A stretch of DNA of 64,000 nt from NCBI GenBank assembly GCA_002345145.1, contig DDVC01000073.1, forward strand, positions 17,809-81,808, in the 5' to 3' direction. Below, piece by piece: positions 30,024-41,042 of this stretch. This DNA comes from Bacteroidetes bacterium UBA2322 (GTDB lineage: Bacteria > Bacteroidota > Bacteroidia > Chitinophagales > UBA2359). The notes beneath the pieces were generated by a model. That model searched no databases and was not told the origin of the DNA. It saw only the letters and a program-made list of their open reading frames with translations. The first letter of the stretch is position 1. Each line of letters begins with the position of its first letter. The position numbers and the translations under genes were made by a program.

Positions 30024-31829
30024 TTAGAAACAGTATTTTTCGGCGGCTATTACCTTATCGGCAATGCGGCGGCGGGCAGCTACGGTGTTGTAAGGCTGGT
30101 ATTTGGTAAAGCGTTTTAAGCCCATGAGCATCATTTGCTGTTCGTCGCCTTCGGTAAAGGCACAAATAGCATGTTTGCCGTGTAGGTTTATACGCTCCAT
30201 GCCGTCTGAAAACAGGGTGCGCACCATGTCTAATTGCGTTTCGCAAGCCTGTTCGCCTTGTAGGTTAATGAGTTTTTCGGTGCGCAGCATTGCTGATTCG
30301 CAGGCTAAAATTTCAATCAACATATCGGTAACGCTCATGATAATTTCCTGCTCTTTGGCTAATTTTTGCATAAACTTTTGCACAGCAAAACCGGCAATCA
30401 TCAGCACCGCTTTTTTGGCGTTGCGAAGCGCTTTTTTCTCGGCAGCAAAAACAGTGTCATCATCATCAGCGCCAAAATCGGGAATAGACATGAGTTCTTT
30501 TTGAACTGCCATAGCCGGTGTCATCAGGTCAAGTTCGCCGCGCATGGCTTTTTTGAGCAGCATATCTACCGTAAGGAGGCGGTTAATTTCGTTAGTACCT
30601 TCAAAAATGCGGTTAATACGGCTATCGCGGTAGGCGCGCGCTATGGGATACTCTTCGGAGAAACCATTACCGCCGTAAATTTGCACGGCTTCGTCCACCA
30701 CAAAATCCAGCACTTCAGAACCAAATACTTTTAAAATAGAACACTCAATGGCGTACTCTTCGGCAGCAATGAGTTTTGCCTGGATTTCATCGGTTCCTTG
30801 TGTCACTAAGGAGGCAATTTTTTGATGCAGTAAATCAGAAACCCGATAATTTACCGATTCTAACGCAAAAATCCGAATGGCTTGTTCTGCTAATTTATGC
30901 TTAATAGCTCCAAAATTTGAAATTGATTGTCCAAACTGTTGGCGTTCGTTTGCATATTTAATAGCCATTTCAAAAGCGCGTTTAGCTCCGCCGCAAACCA
31001 TTACGCCTAATTTAAAGCGCCCAATGTTTAGCACGTTAAAAGCAATTTTATGCCCCTCTCCTATTTTACCCAGCACATTTTCTTTGGGCACTTTTACCCC
31101 TTCAAAAAACACTTGTCGGGTAGAGGAGCCTTTGATACCCATTTTGTCTTCCTCATTGCCCAAGCGGATATTGGGAGAGTTGGCATCAACTAAAAAGCCG
31201 GTAAACAGTTTGCCGTCTATTTTGGCAAAAACGGTAAACAAGTTGGCAAAACCGGAGTTGGTAATCCACATTTTTTGACCTTCCAACAGGTAGTATTCTT
31301 GACCGTTTTCATCGGTTTGGAGGGTAGCTTTGGTGCGCGCTGCCAGAGCATCAGAGCCTGAGCCGGGTTCGGTAAGGCAGTAGGCTGCTTTAATTTCGCC
31401 GGTAGCTAATTTGGGCAGATATTGTTGTTTTTGTTCGGCAGTACCAAAATACAGTACCGGCAATGTGCCAATACCGGTATGTGCCGCCAACGATACGCCA
31501 AATGAATGGCTTGCACCCAACACTTCGGTAAGCAGGGTTTCTGTATTGAGGTCTATGCCCATACCTCCGTATTCTTCGGGAATAGCGGCTCCAAGCAGCC
31601 CAAGTTCGCCGGCTATATCCATCAGTTGTACGGTTAAGCCGGGTTCTTGTTTGTCTATGCGTATTACATTTGGCCAGATGTGTTTTTCCAAATACTCCTT
31701 AGCCATGTTTGCAAACATGAGCTGCTCTTCATTCAGGTCTTCGGGGGTAAATACTTCTTGGGCAGCGCTCTCGCTAACAAGAAACTCGCCGCCATTAAGT
31801 ATCTTTTTTACTTTTTCTGCTACTTCCAT
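30024..31829 (-). CDS. Acyl-CoA dehydrogenase (FadE/ACAD9-like)
   Basis: YCLTEPGSGSDA, GQKMWITN, KMGIKGSST, RIFEGTNEINR. Confidence 0.95.
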   Translation of the reverse strand: MEVAEKVKKILNGGEFLVSESAAQEVFTPEDLNEEQLMFANMAKEYLEKHIWPNVIRIDKQEPGLTVQLMDIAGELGLLGAAIPEEYGGMGIDLNTETLLTEVLGASHSFGVSLAAHTGIGTLPVLYFGTAEQKQQYLPKLATGEIKAAYCLTEPGSGSDALAARTKATLQTDENGQEYYLLEGQKMWITNSGFANLFTVFAKIDGKLFTGFLVDANSPNIRLGNEEDKMGIKGSSTRQVFFEGVKVPKENVLGKIGEGHKIAFNVLNIGRFKLGVMVCGGAKRAFEMAIKYANERQQFGQSISNFGAIKHKLAEQAIRIFALESVNYRVSDLLHQKIASLVTQGTDEIQAKLIAAEEYAIECSILKVFGSEVLDFVVDEAVQIYGGNGFSEEYPIARAYRDSRINRIFEGTNEINRLLTVDMLLKKAMRGELDLMTPAMAVQKELMSIPDFGADDDDTVFAAEKKALRNAKKAVLMIAGFAVQKFMQKLAKEQEIIMSVTDMLIEILACESAMLRTEKLINLQGEQACETQLDMVRTLFSDGMERINLHGKHAICAFTEGDEQQMMLMGLKRFTKYQPYNTVAARRRIADKVIAAEKYCF

Positions 31830-31972
31830 AAACAAAGATATTGATTGGTTAATGAATAATTTGCGATGTAGGGAGAATAATTCAAAACGAAGGTTTGGTT
31901 AAAACGGTTAAAAGCTCGATTTTGTTTACCCTTTTTCTACCCAAAAACTACCTGTCGTTTGATATTGCCCTT

Positions 31973-31980
31973 CAAAGTTA
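31973..31980 (-). promoter_or_regulatory. -7 element TAACTTTG upstream of acyl-CoA dehydrogenase
   Basis: Matches TAnnTTTG on the minus strand. Confidence 0.4.
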
Positions 31981-32389
31981 GGGCGAATTTTTCAGTAGTA
32001 CTACTTTTAAACCTCCTTTTTTTAGAAAAATTGTACTTTTTTGTACAAAAATCTCCTAAAACAAGCGTTTTTACCCCATTTTTTGCGTTCTGCGGTCATT
32101 TTACCCGCAAACTTTACCAAACAAACGTTTGGTTTATTAAAAAATGGGTAGTCAGTAGTGGGTACTAAATCCATTCGTAATTCTTAATCATTTACCCAAT
32201 TGAGTAGAAACAGGGTATGCCCTGTTATACGTTATGTTTTAAAAATCGGCGCTAATCAGCCGCATCAGTGTTATCTTTGTGCTAATGCATGCCAGTTTTT
32301 ACGTTGCCTTCTTTGCGCAAAATGTTACCAATTAGCCGAAAAATAAGCTATAAATTTATATTAAAGTATGTGTCCGCTTAAATACCCGA

Positions 32390-34042
32390 TTAGGAAAGGT
32401 ATTTACCCACAATGGGCATACGCCTACCTACCCCAAAAGCCTTTGCCGATAGGCGTAAAATAGGCGGCGTTTGGTGGCGTTTGTACTCATTGGTATTCAC
32501 TAATTTGAGGGTTCGGGCTACTAATTTGGGGTCAAAACCCATAGCTATCAGTTCCTTGGGTCCTTGTCTGTTTTCTATGTATTGAAACAATACCTGGTCA
32601 AGTTCGTGGTATTCGGGCAGCGAGTCACTGTCTTTTTGGTTGGGTCTAAGCTCAGCAGAGGGGGCTTTGGTAAGGATATTATCGGGAATAATTTTCTGCT
32701 CTCGGTTCAGGTATCGGCACAGGTCATACACTTCGGTTTTATACAAATCACCTATTACCGAAAGTCCGCCGCACATATCGCCATACAAAGTGCCATAACC
32801 TACTGCTGCCTCGCTTTTGTTGGAGGTATTGAGCAATATATAGCCAAACTTATTAGATAGAGCCATGAGTATGGTTGCTCTAATTCGGGCTTGAATGTTT
32901 TCTTCGGTAACGTCAAAGGGTTTGCCTTCAAACAGCGGCTCAAGGTTTTGCAGATAACTTTCATACATGGGCTGAATGGGCACAATATCATAAGGGCAAC
33001 CCAAGTTTTGGGCTAATTGTACGGCATCGTCAATAGAATGGTCTGATGAAAATTGCGAAGGCATCAGTACGGCGCGCACATTTTGGCTGCCAAGTGCTTG
33101 CGCAGCAAGGGCAATAACCAGAGCAGAATCTACCCCGCCCGATAAGCCTAAAATAGCCTTTTTAAAACCCAATTTACCAAAATAGTCTTTAATGCCTACC
33201 AATAAAGCCCGATGCAATAGGTCGGTTTTGTCTTTGGTTTGTTCGCCACTGCCCCATGTAGCAAGGGGTATGGGTTGGTTATGCTCATTTAGGTAGTAGT
33301 AGCGCATGGTTTCTTCAAAATAGGGGAGTTCGTCCATTACATTTGCCTCAGCATCTACCACCAACGACCCGCCATCAAAAATTAACTCGGTTTGTGCGCC
33401 TACACAGTTGGTATAAAAAATGGGCACTTTGTATCGGTTGGCATTGGCTTTAAGCGTGTGAATCCGTTCTTTTGCATGGTGGTGGTGAAAAGGTGAGGCA
33501 GAAAGATTTATCATCACATCGGGGTCTTGTTTTATGAGTTCGTCCATCGGGCTAATAGTGTAGAGCGGGTTTTCGTTGCCTACATTCCAAATATCTTCGC
33601 AAATGGTAAGGGCAATTCGTTTACCTTTATAATAGAAGGTTTCAAACTCCTTAGCCGGTTCAAAATACCGATACTCGTCAAAAATATCGTAAGTGGGCAA
33701 TAATGCTTTGTGGGCAACATGCAAAATTTCGCCATTGGCTATAAAATAGGCAGAATTGAACAGGTCTTTACCCTCCACCATTGGGTTTACCGATGGCGCA
33801 CCTACTACCACCGCTATGCCCATGCTGTGCGCTTGAATGTGTTCAATAACCTCATGACAACGGCGAATAAAATCGGGAAATTCTAAAAAATCTCTTGGCG
33901 GATAACCGCATACTGCCAGTTCGCTAAAAATAATAAGGTCGGCTTTTTCAACTTTTGCCTCAGCTATGGCGGCTAAAATTTTGGCTTCATTGGCTTCAAA
34001 GTTGCCAATATGGTAATTTTGTTGTGCAATGGCAATTTTCAT
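32390..34042 (-). CDS. nadE: Glutamine-dependent NAD+ synthetase
   Basis: Nitrilase domain (E, K, ICED) plus synthetase LGLSGGVDS, ENIQARIR, NKSE, APSAELRP. Confidence 0.96.
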   Translation of the reverse strand: MKIAIAQQNYHIGNFEANEAKILAAIAEAKVEKADLIIFSELAVCGYPPRDFLEFPDFIRRCHEVIEHIQAHSMGIAVVVGAPSVNPMVEGKDLFNSAYFIANGEILHVAHKALLPTYDIFDEYRYFEPAKEFETFYYKGKRIALTICEDIWNVGNENPLYTISPMDELIKQDPDVMINLSASPFHHHHAKERIHTLKANANRYKVPIFYTNCVGAQTELIFDGGSLVVDAEANVMDELPYFEETMRYYYLNEHNQPIPLATWGSGEQTKDKTDLLHRALLVGIKDYFGKLGFKKAILGLSGGVDSALVIALAAQALGSQNVRAVLMPSQFSSDHSIDDAVQLAQNLGCPYDIVPIQPMYESYLQNLEPLFEGKPFDVTEENIQARIRATILMALSNKFGYILLNTSNKSEAAVGYGTLYGDMCGGLSVIGDLYKTEVYDLCRYLNREQKIIPDNILTKAPSAELRPNQKDSDSLPEYHELDQVLFQYIENRQGPKELIAMGFDPKLVARTLKLVNTNEYKRHQTPPILRLSAKAFGVGRRMPIVGKYLS

Positions 34043-34058
34043 AATGTGCAAATTGGGT

Positions 34059-34066
34059 CAAAGGTA
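34059..34066 (-). promoter_or_regulatory. -7 element TACCTTTG for nadE
   Basis: TAnnTTTG about 16 nt upstream of the ATG at 34042. Confidence 0.45.
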
Positions 34067-34314
34067 AAAGAAATGTGGTTAATGATGTGAAAATAAGAAA
34101 AGTCTTAAAACGGTTACTTTGTGAAATGGTAATCGGAGAGTTTTTACAAGGTGTAATTATTACACTTACCTTGTTGTACTAAATACACTATTTGTATCTC
34201 AATAGTTCATTTTTAGGCAGTTTTTTTACCAAATTTTAGTTGTTAGTAGATAGTTTAGGCAGATAATGGTATTGGGTAGCCGCTTTTCAGTTTTCCTCAT
34301 TCACCAAATCTGCT

Positions 34315-34322
34315 TACCTTTG
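34315..34322 (+). promoter_or_regulatory. -7 element TACCTTTG for nucleoside phosphorylase
   Basis: TAnnTTTG about 120 nt upstream of 34444. Confidence 0.4.
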
Positions 34323-34443
34323 TAACCGTATCGGTCAATACAGAAATGCTAATAGGAATACACTAACTTTTCTTTTCATTAGTGAAAACCGGTAGTCAGT
34401 TCAACCCAATACAACTTATAACCATCCATTTAAACCTACCTTT

Positions 34444-35310
34444 ATGATAGCTCCCTCCGAACTTGTTTTAAATGCCGATGGCAGCATCTATCACTTACAT
34501 TTACTGCCGCATCAGATAGCAAAAACTATTATTACCGTGGGTGACCCCGACCGCGTAGCCATGGTTTCGCTCTATTTTGATGAACTGGAACATAGGGTGC
34601 AAAAACGGGAGTTTGTTACCCATACCGGACGCATAGGCAACAAACGGCTTACCGTTATTTCTACCGGCATAGGAACCGATAACATAGATATTGTGCTGAA
34701 TGAAATAGATGCTTTGGTTAATATAGATTTGCCAGCCCGATTAGTAAAGCCAAACCTAACCTCCTTAAACATCATTAGGTTAGGCACATCGGGAAGTTTG
34801 CAGCCCGATGTGGCAGTAGAAAGTTTAGTGGCTTCCTCTTTTGGATTGGGTTTAGAAGGATTGTTGCATTACTACCGGTTTACCCCCAACCCCATTGAGC
34901 AACAGCTTTTGCAACAACTACCTGCTTTTAGCCCTATGGTAGCCCCCTATATTGCACAAGGCAGCCCGTTTTTACTGCAACAGTTAGCTAACGATATTAC
35001 CACCGGCATTACCGCCACCTGCGGCGGATTTTACGGACCACAAGGCAGGCAACTTAGGCTGCTGCCCGCCATTGCAGACCTACCCGCCCAACTGCAAAAT
35101 TTTTCCTACAATCAACATAGGGTAACTAATTTTGAAATGGAAACGGCCGCCATTTACGGTTTGTGCCGGCTATTGGGGCATAGAGCCCTGTCGGTAAATG
35201 TAATTTTAGCCAACAGACCCAAAGGGCTTTTCAGCCAAAATCCTAAAGAAGCAGTAGGTAAAATGATTCAATCTATGCTGGCACGCATTATTACCCTGCC
35301 CGATGACTGA
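34444..35310 (+). CDS. Nucleoside (uridine-type) phosphorylase
   Basis: IYHLHL, VGDPDRV, STGIGTDNID, IIRLGTSG, NFEMET. Confidence 0.9.
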   Translation: MIAPSELVLNADGSIYHLHLLPHQIAKTIITVGDPDRVAMVSLYFDELEHRVQKREFVTHTGRIGNKRLTVISTGIGTDNIDIVLNEIDALVNIDLPARLVKPNLTSLNIIRLGTSGSLQPDVAVESLVASSFGLGLEGLLHYYRFTPNPIEQQLLQQLPAFSPMVAPYIAQGSPFLLQQLANDITTGITATCGGFYGPQGRQLRLLPAIADLPAQLQNFSYNQHRVTNFEMETAAIYGLCRLLGHRALSVNVILANRPKGLFSQNPKEAVGKMIQSMLARIITLPDD

Positions 35311-35509
35311 ACCAGCCCGTAGTTTTACTTAACCACGCCATAACGCTTTATTTACAAGCACTTATAGCAAATGTACTGTGCAAGGTATCAGTAAAAGAAG
35401 CAGAAAAAAAACAGAAAATACAAACAAAAACTTGTTTTGGACAAAAAAAACCGTACCTTTACTCTGTTTTTGCCGCAGCAATACTCCTTTCTCTTTTAAC
35501 CCTGCCATA

Positions 35510-35555
35510 TAACTTTGCAAATGCAACTCACATCGGGTTTTAGATGCCCGATGTG
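35510..35555 (+). promoter_or_regulatory. -7 element TAACTTTG plus 9-bp stem-loop upstream of fabD
   Basis: TAACTTTG 35510-35517; CACATCGGG/CCCGATGTG at 35529-35555. Confidence 0.45.
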
Positions 35556-35642
35556 TTCTTGTTTTGTAAGCCCGTAAATTAGGTATGCAGGAAAAGCAGC
35601 GCCCAATATTGATCTTAATAAGCACTTCAAATACATACTTCA

Positions 35643-36521
35643 ATGAAAGCATACATATTTACCGGACAGGGTTCGCAAAAACCGGGCATGGCTCAAGAGC
35701 TGTATAATACTGCAAAGGCAGCAAGAGAGTACCTTGAAATAGCAGACAAAATACTGGGCTTTAACATCAGCGCCATTATGACCACCGGCAGCGCCGAGGA
35801 ACTTAAACAAACCAGTGTAACACAGCCATCGGTATTTCTATACTCTGTGGTAAAAGCCCGTATTATTCAAGATTTTAAACCTGCCATGGTTGCCGGTCAT
35901 TCATTGGGCGAAATTTCGGCATTAGTAGCAGCCCGCGCCCTCAGCTTTGGCGATGGTTTGCGCTTAGTTTACAAACGTGCTATGGCAATGCAAGCCGCCT
36001 GCGATGCGCAGCCATCGGGCATGGCTGCTGTTTTAGGTTTGGAAGATGATGCTTTGGTAGCTGCTATTTGTAACAGCATTGAAGAAGAAGTAATAGTAGC
36101 GGCAAATTTTAATTGTCCGGGTCAATTAGTTATTTCGGGTACACTAAAAGGTATAGAAATTGCCAAACTAAAACTGACCGAAGCCGGTGCCCGCCGAGTG
36201 CTGCCCTTACCGGTAAACGGCGCTTTTCACTCACCGCTCATGGAGCCTGCAAGGGCAGAACTTGCCAAAGCCATTGAAGAAACCGAGTTTAAAACGCCCG
36301 TATGCCCGGTTTACCAAAACGTAGATGCCCGCCCCACCCTTGATGCCGAAGAAATTAAAGAAAAACTGATAGCCCAACTTACCGCCCCCGTGCTGTGGAC
36401 TGCTACCATTGAAAACATGATAGCCGATGGCGCTACCCAGTTTATAGAAGTAGGTCCACAACAAGTACTTACCGGAATGGTAAAAAAAATAAATAACAGA
36501 GCAATTGCTACTTCCCTTTAA
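35643..36521 (+). CDS. fabD: Malonyl-CoA:ACP transacylase
   Basis: FTGQGSQ, GHSLGE, ANFNCPGQ, GAFHSPLM. Confidence 0.96.
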   Translation: MKAYIFTGQGSQKPGMAQELYNTAKAAREYLEIADKILGFNISAIMTTGSAEELKQTSVTQPSVFLYSVVKARIIQDFKPAMVAGHSLGEISALVAARALSFGDGLRLVYKRAMAMQAACDAQPSGMAAVLGLEDDALVAAICNSIEEEVIVAANFNCPGQLVISGTLKGIEIAKLKLTEAGARRVLPLPVNGAFHSPLMEPARAELAKAIEETEFKTPVCPVYQNVDARPTLDAEEIKEKLIAQLTAPVLWTATIENMIADGATQFIEVGPQQVLTGMVKKINNRAIATSL

Positions 36522-36573
36522 TAACTGATTGAGGTTTTTTTTAACCCAAGTTCATTTTAAACCATGGCTGCTC

Positions 36574-36876
36574 ATGCTGGTACGAATTGTTAAAATGCAG
36601 TTTAGGCAAGAAGAAGTGCCCACCTTTATGCGTTTGTTTGAAGAAAGTAAAACCACCATTGCAGCATTTGACGGTTGTATGCACTTAGAACTTTGGCAAG
36701 ACCACCACAATCCTACTATCTTTTTTACCCATAGCCGTTGGCAATCGGCAGAGTATTTAGACCAGTACCGCCGGTCGGCTTTTTTCAAGTCCACTTGGGC
36801 TGCCACCAAAGCATTGTTCAGCGCTCCGCCGGCAGCATGGTCGGTAGCTTTGGTTAGTAATATAAATAGAATATAA
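36574..36876 (+). CDS. Antibiotic-biosynthesis-monooxygenase (ABM) family protein
   Basis: MLVRIVKMQF, FDGCMHLEL, FFTHSRW, YRRSAFF. Confidence 0.8.
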   Translation: MLVRIVKMQFRQEEVPTFMRLFEESKTTIAAFDGCMHLELWQDHHNPTIFFTHSRWQSAEYLDQYRRSAFFKSTWAATKALFSAPPAAWSVALVSNINRI

Positions 36877-37024
36877 ATATATACCAAGTTTTAGCAAAAA
36901 AGGTACAGCACTTGGTTAGCCTTTTCCTTTTTCTCACAAAAAAACACAAAATTGTTGTGTTTTTGTAAAAGCCTTATTTATCATATACAAAAAAATGCCA
37001 ACACAAAGATTGTCTAAAAAGTAG

Positions 37025-37032
37025 TACCTTTG
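37025..37032 (+). promoter_or_regulatory. -7 element TACCTTTG for rfaD
   Basis: TAnnTTTG; the ORF-track TTG start at 37030 lies inside it. Confidence 0.5.
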
Positions 37033-37056
37033 CCCAAACAACCAACAGGGCATACC

Positions 37057-38025
37057 ATGATTATTATTACCGGTGCAGCAGGGTTTATTGGCAGTGGGCT
37101 AACCGCACTTTTTAACCAACAAAACCGAACCGACCTCATTTTGGTAGATGACTTTACCAATTACGACAAGCGTAAAAACCTGCTCAATAAACACTATCTC
37201 GGCTGGGTACACCGAGGCGCATTTTTAAGTTGGATTCATTCCAATTATCAAAATGTAGAAATGATTTTTCACTTAGGCGCCCGAACCGATACCACCGATT
37301 TTAGTACCGAAATTTTTGACCGGCTCAACCTCCACTACTCGCAAGAGGTATGGAATATATGCTCGCTTTACCAAATTCCATTAGTGTATGCCTCCTCTGC
37401 CGCCACTTATGGCAAGGGCGAACAGGGTTATAAGGATAGCCACCAACTGCCCCAAACCCTACATCCGCTAAACCCTTATGCCGTTTCAAAAAATGAGTTT
37501 GATAAGTGGGCGCTTGGTCAGCAAAAAAGCCCGCCGGTTTGGTACGGACTCAAATTTTTTAATGTTTACGGTCCTAATGAGTACCACAAAAAACGCATGG
37601 CATCGGTAGTATTTCATGCTTTTAACCAAATACAACAAACCGGCAAGGTAAAACTCTTTAAATCGCACAGACCCGATTTTGAAGACGGAAAACAACTGCG
37701 CGATTTTATTTACGTTAAAGATATAGCCGATGTTTGCTACTGGCTTTATCGCTACAAACTGCCCGCAAGTGGTTTATATAATTTAGGCACCGGTAATGCC
37801 CGCACTTTTATAGACCTTGCCCATGTAGTGTTCAGCGCCATGAACCTAAACCCGAATATAGAGTTTACTGATATGCCCGCCGATATTAGGGAAAGTTACC
37901 AGTATTTTACCGAAGCCGATATAACCAAACTCCTCCATGCCGGTTATTATACTCCCCTTACCACGCTTGAAGAAGGCGTTACCAATTATGTACAGCAATA
38001 TCTGACTCCCGGCGAGTATTGGTAA
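37057..38025 (+). CDS. rfaD: ADP-L-glycero-D-manno-heptose 6-epimerase
   Basis: IITGAAGFIGS, YASSAATYG, PLNPYAVSK, FNVYGPNEYHK, RDFIYVKD. Confidence 0.93.
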   Translation: MIIITGAAGFIGSGLTALFNQQNRTDLILVDDFTNYDKRKNLLNKHYLGWVHRGAFLSWIHSNYQNVEMIFHLGARTDTTDFSTEIFDRLNLHYSQEVWNICSLYQIPLVYASSAATYGKGEQGYKDSHQLPQTLHPLNPYAVSKNEFDKWALGQQKSPPVWYGLKFFNVYGPNEYHKKRMASVVFHAFNQIQQTGKVKLFKSHRPDFEDGKQLRDFIYVKDIADVCYWLYRYKLPASGLYNLGTGNARTFIDLAHVVFSAMNLNPNIEFTDMPADIRESYQYFTEADITKLLHAGYYTPLTTLEEGVTNYVQQYLTPGEYW

Positions 38026-38117
38026 GCCTTGTTGTTTGACGGCACATCGGGTAAAAAACAACCCAATAAACCCCCAACAATCAAAACGCACGCTAACATC
38101 AAACAATATAACCCGAA

Positions 38118-38759
38118 ATGGCTTTTGAGCATTATACCTTAGTAACCGTAGAAGGCAATACCGGCGCAGGTAAAACTACCTTAGCGCAAATGCTGGCGCA
38201 TGACTATAAAGCCAACCTCATACTGGAAGAATTTGCCGATAACCCATTTTTGCCCAAATTTTATGCCGAACCCGAAAAATATGCTTTTCATACCGAAATG
38301 CACTTTATGCTCAATCGTTACCACCAATTGAGCCGGTTTTTGCACCAATATAACACCGAACCAATCCTTACCATTTCGGATTATATTTTCAGAAAATCAC
38401 TCCTTTATGCAGCGGTAAACCTCCAACCCGATGAATACCACCTATTTGAACGCATGTTTAACACCGTTTACCCCAATCTGCCACAGCCACAACTCATCAT
38501 TTATGTACATGCCACCATACCCCGCCTGCTTGCCAATATCCAAAAACGCGGCAGAGATTTTGAACAACAGGTAAGAACCTCTTATTTAAAAAGAGTAGAA
38601 GATATTTACTTCAACTACTTTAAAAACAACCCGATGCTGACTGTACTAATCATACATGCCGATGACCTTGATTTTGTAAAACACCCGCACCATTACCAAC
38701 AAATAGTGGAATGGGTAAACCAAACCTACCCGCCCGGATTGCACCAAGTTAAAATGTAA
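38118..38759 (+). CDS. Deoxynucleoside kinase
   Basis: VEGNTGAGKTT, NPFLPKFY, SDY, IQKRGRDFE. Confidence 0.92.
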   Translation: MAFEHYTLVTVEGNTGAGKTTLAQMLAHDYKANLILEEFADNPFLPKFYAEPEKYAFHTEMHFMLNRYHQLSRFLHQYNTEPILTISDYIFRKSLLYAAVNLQPDEYHLFERMFNTVYPNLPQPQLIIYVHATIPRLLANIQKRGRDFEQQVRTSYLKRVEDIYFNYFKNNPMLTVLIIHADDLDFVKHPHHYQQIVEWVNQTYPPGLHQVKM

Positions 38760-38947
38760 CCTTTCTGCCACAACTCCTACCAACGCCACCCCGGCACTCT
38801 CTCACCCCCACCCCGCTAATTTTACCGGCAATCACAATTTTTTAACCACAATTTGTATCCGTTTTACCACAAAATACTACCTTTACACACATTCAGCAAT
38901 AACCATTATTACACCATTTTTTACCACCCTATACTTGTAAACTGCCC

Positions 38948-40969
38948 ATGAAATACACACCACACCTTATCGTTTTAATTATCAGCATCATGTTATCAGC
39001 CTGTACATCGCAACGAAAAACCGAAAAACCGGCAGAACTGCCCGCTAATTTTGACCTATACCCATTTTATGGCGGTAAAGACTTAGGGCTAACCTACTCC
39101 ACCAAACAATCGGTATTTAAAATTTGGGCTCCCAATGCCACACAAGTAAAATTAAAGTTGTACGATGCCGGTATTAACGGCAACCTGCTCAAAGAAGCTG
39201 TGATGGCTAAATCGGGCAACGGCACATGGGCGGTTACGCTTGACGGCAACCAAAAAGGTAAGTTTTACACATTTCAGGTATTACATCAGGGTAAGTGGCT
39301 AACCGAAGTACCCGACCCCTATGCCAAAGCAGTAGGGGTTAATGGTCTTAGAGCTATGGTGGTTGATTTAAAAAGTACGAACCCAAAAGACTGGGACAAA
39401 GACAAAAGACCCCCGCTAAAAAGTTTTGCCGATATTCTTATCTATGAAATTCACCTGCGCGACATTTCGGTCAGCCCAACATCGGGCATTAAAAACAAAG
39501 GTAAATACTTGGGTTTGACCGAAAAAGGCACAACAAGTCCCCAAGGTGAAAAAACCGGATTAGACCATATAGCACAGTTAGGCGTTACACATGCACACAT
39601 ACTACCTTGTTTTGACCATAACTCCATAGATGAAACCCGACTGAACGAGCCGCAATATAACTGGGGATATGACCCGCTAAATTACAATGCCCCCGAAGGC
39701 TCTTATGCTACCGACCCCTATGACGGCAGTGTGCGCATACGCGAGTTTAAAGAAATGGTGAAAGCCCTGCACAACGCAGGCATAAGGGTTATTATGGACG
39801 TGGTGTATAACCATACCGGACTTACTCAAGATTCTTACTTTGAACAGTTGGTACCCGGTTACTACTACCGCCAGCGGGCAGACGGCAGTTTTTCTGATGC
39901 CTCAGCCTGTGGCAATGAAACCGCATCAGAGCGGGCTATGGTGCGCAAATTTATTGTAGAATCGGTAAAATACTGGGCTACCGAATACCATATAGACGGT
40001 TTTAGGTTTGACCTTATGGCAATTCATGATATTGAAACCATGAACCAAGTGCGCGCCGCCTTAGACGAAATTGACCCCACTATTTTTGTGTATGGCGAAG
40101 GCTGGACTCCCGGCAACTCGCCCCTGCCCGAAGATAAACGACCGGTTAAAAAGAGCATTTACAAACTTCCGCGCATTGCCGCTTTTAGCGATGACCTGCG
40201 AGACGGTCTGAAAGGCAGCGTGTTTATTCACGAAGAAAAAGGGTTTGTGAGCGGCGCATCGGGTAAGGAAGAAACCATTAAGTTTGGCATTGTGGCAGCT
40301 ACCCAACACCCACAAATAGACTACAGCAAAATAAACTATTCTACTGCCTACTGGGCAGGTGCACCTATACAGTGCATCAACTACGTATCGTGCCACGATA
40401 ACCATACCCTATACGACCGCTTACGCATTTCAAACGCCGCCGACACCGAAGAAAAACGCCTGCTTATGCACCGTTTAGCCAATACCATTGTGCTTACCTC
40501 ACAGGGTATTCCTTTCTTACATGCCGGCGAAGAAATGACCAGAACCAAAAATGGCGAAGAAAACTCCTATAAATCGCCCGATGCCATTAACCAAATTGAC
40601 TGGCTCCGAAAATCGGAACACAAAAACCTGTTTGAATACCACGTTGCACTCATTGCGCTCCGAAAAGCGCACCCGGCTTTTAGAATGACTACTACCGAAC
40701 AACTGCTTCAACATTTAGAATTTTTACCCATTCAAGAGCCTAATGTAGTAGGCTACCTGCTTAAAAATAATGCAAACGGCGATTCGTGGAAAAACATACT
40801 GGTACTTTTTAACGGTAACCAAGATAAGGAAGTAACCATAAAACTACCCGATGGCAACTGGAAAACCGTAGTGGACGACTGGACAGTGGACCTAAAAGCC
40901 AAAAAGAAGTACAAAGACAAAAAAGCGGAACTCAGCCCTATTTCGGCTCTCATTTTGGCTGATGATTAA
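38948..40969 (+). CDS. pulA: Type I pullulanase (GH13), lipoprotein
   Basis: LSAC lipobox, YNWGYDP, DVVYNH, GFRFDLM, YGEGW, YVSCHDN. Confidence 0.95.
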   Translation: MKYTPHLIVLIISIMLSACTSQRKTEKPAELPANFDLYPFYGGKDLGLTYSTKQSVFKIWAPNATQVKLKLYDAGINGNLLKEAVMAKSGNGTWAVTLDGNQKGKFYTFQVLHQGKWLTEVPDPYAKAVGVNGLRAMVVDLKSTNPKDWDKDKRPPLKSFADILIYEIHLRDISVSPTSGIKNKGKYLGLTEKGTTSPQGEKTGLDHIAQLGVTHAHILPCFDHNSIDETRLNEPQYNWGYDPLNYNAPEGSYATDPYDGSVRIREFKEMVKALHNAGIRVIMDVVYNHTGLTQDSYFEQLVPGYYYRQRADGSFSDASACGNETASERAMVRKFIVESVKYWATEYHIDGFRFDLMAIHDIETMNQVRAALDEIDPTIFVYGEGWTPGNSPLPEDKRPVKKSIYKLPRIAAFSDDLRDGLKGSVFIHEEKGFVSGASGKEETIKFGIVAATQHPQIDYSKINYSTAYWAGAPIQCINYVSCHDNHTLYDRLRISNAADTEEKRLLMHRLANTIVLTSQGIPFLHAGEEMTRTKNGEENSYKSPDAINQIDWLRKSEHKNLFEYHVALIALRKAHPAFRMTTTEQLLQHLEFLPIQEPNVVGYLLKNNANGDSWKNILVLFNGNQDKEVTIKLPDGNWKTVVDDWTVDLKAKKKYKDKKAELSPISALILADD

Positions 40970-41042
40970 TGTATTTACAATTGATTACCTATACTATAGG
41001 GGTGTAGCTTGTAAACAAGCTGCCCCTTTACGCTATTGAAAT

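Noticed and set aside
32272-32279. Plus-strand TATCTTTG suggesting an antisense or sRNA promoter toward nadE
   Set aside because: An 8-mer with two free positions is expected by chance in a 550-bp AT-rich spacer; only a 16-codon ORF follows.
37057-38025. rfaD without other heptose pathway genes
   Set aside because: Dispersed LPS genes are ordinary; nothing else in the sequence marks it as unusual.
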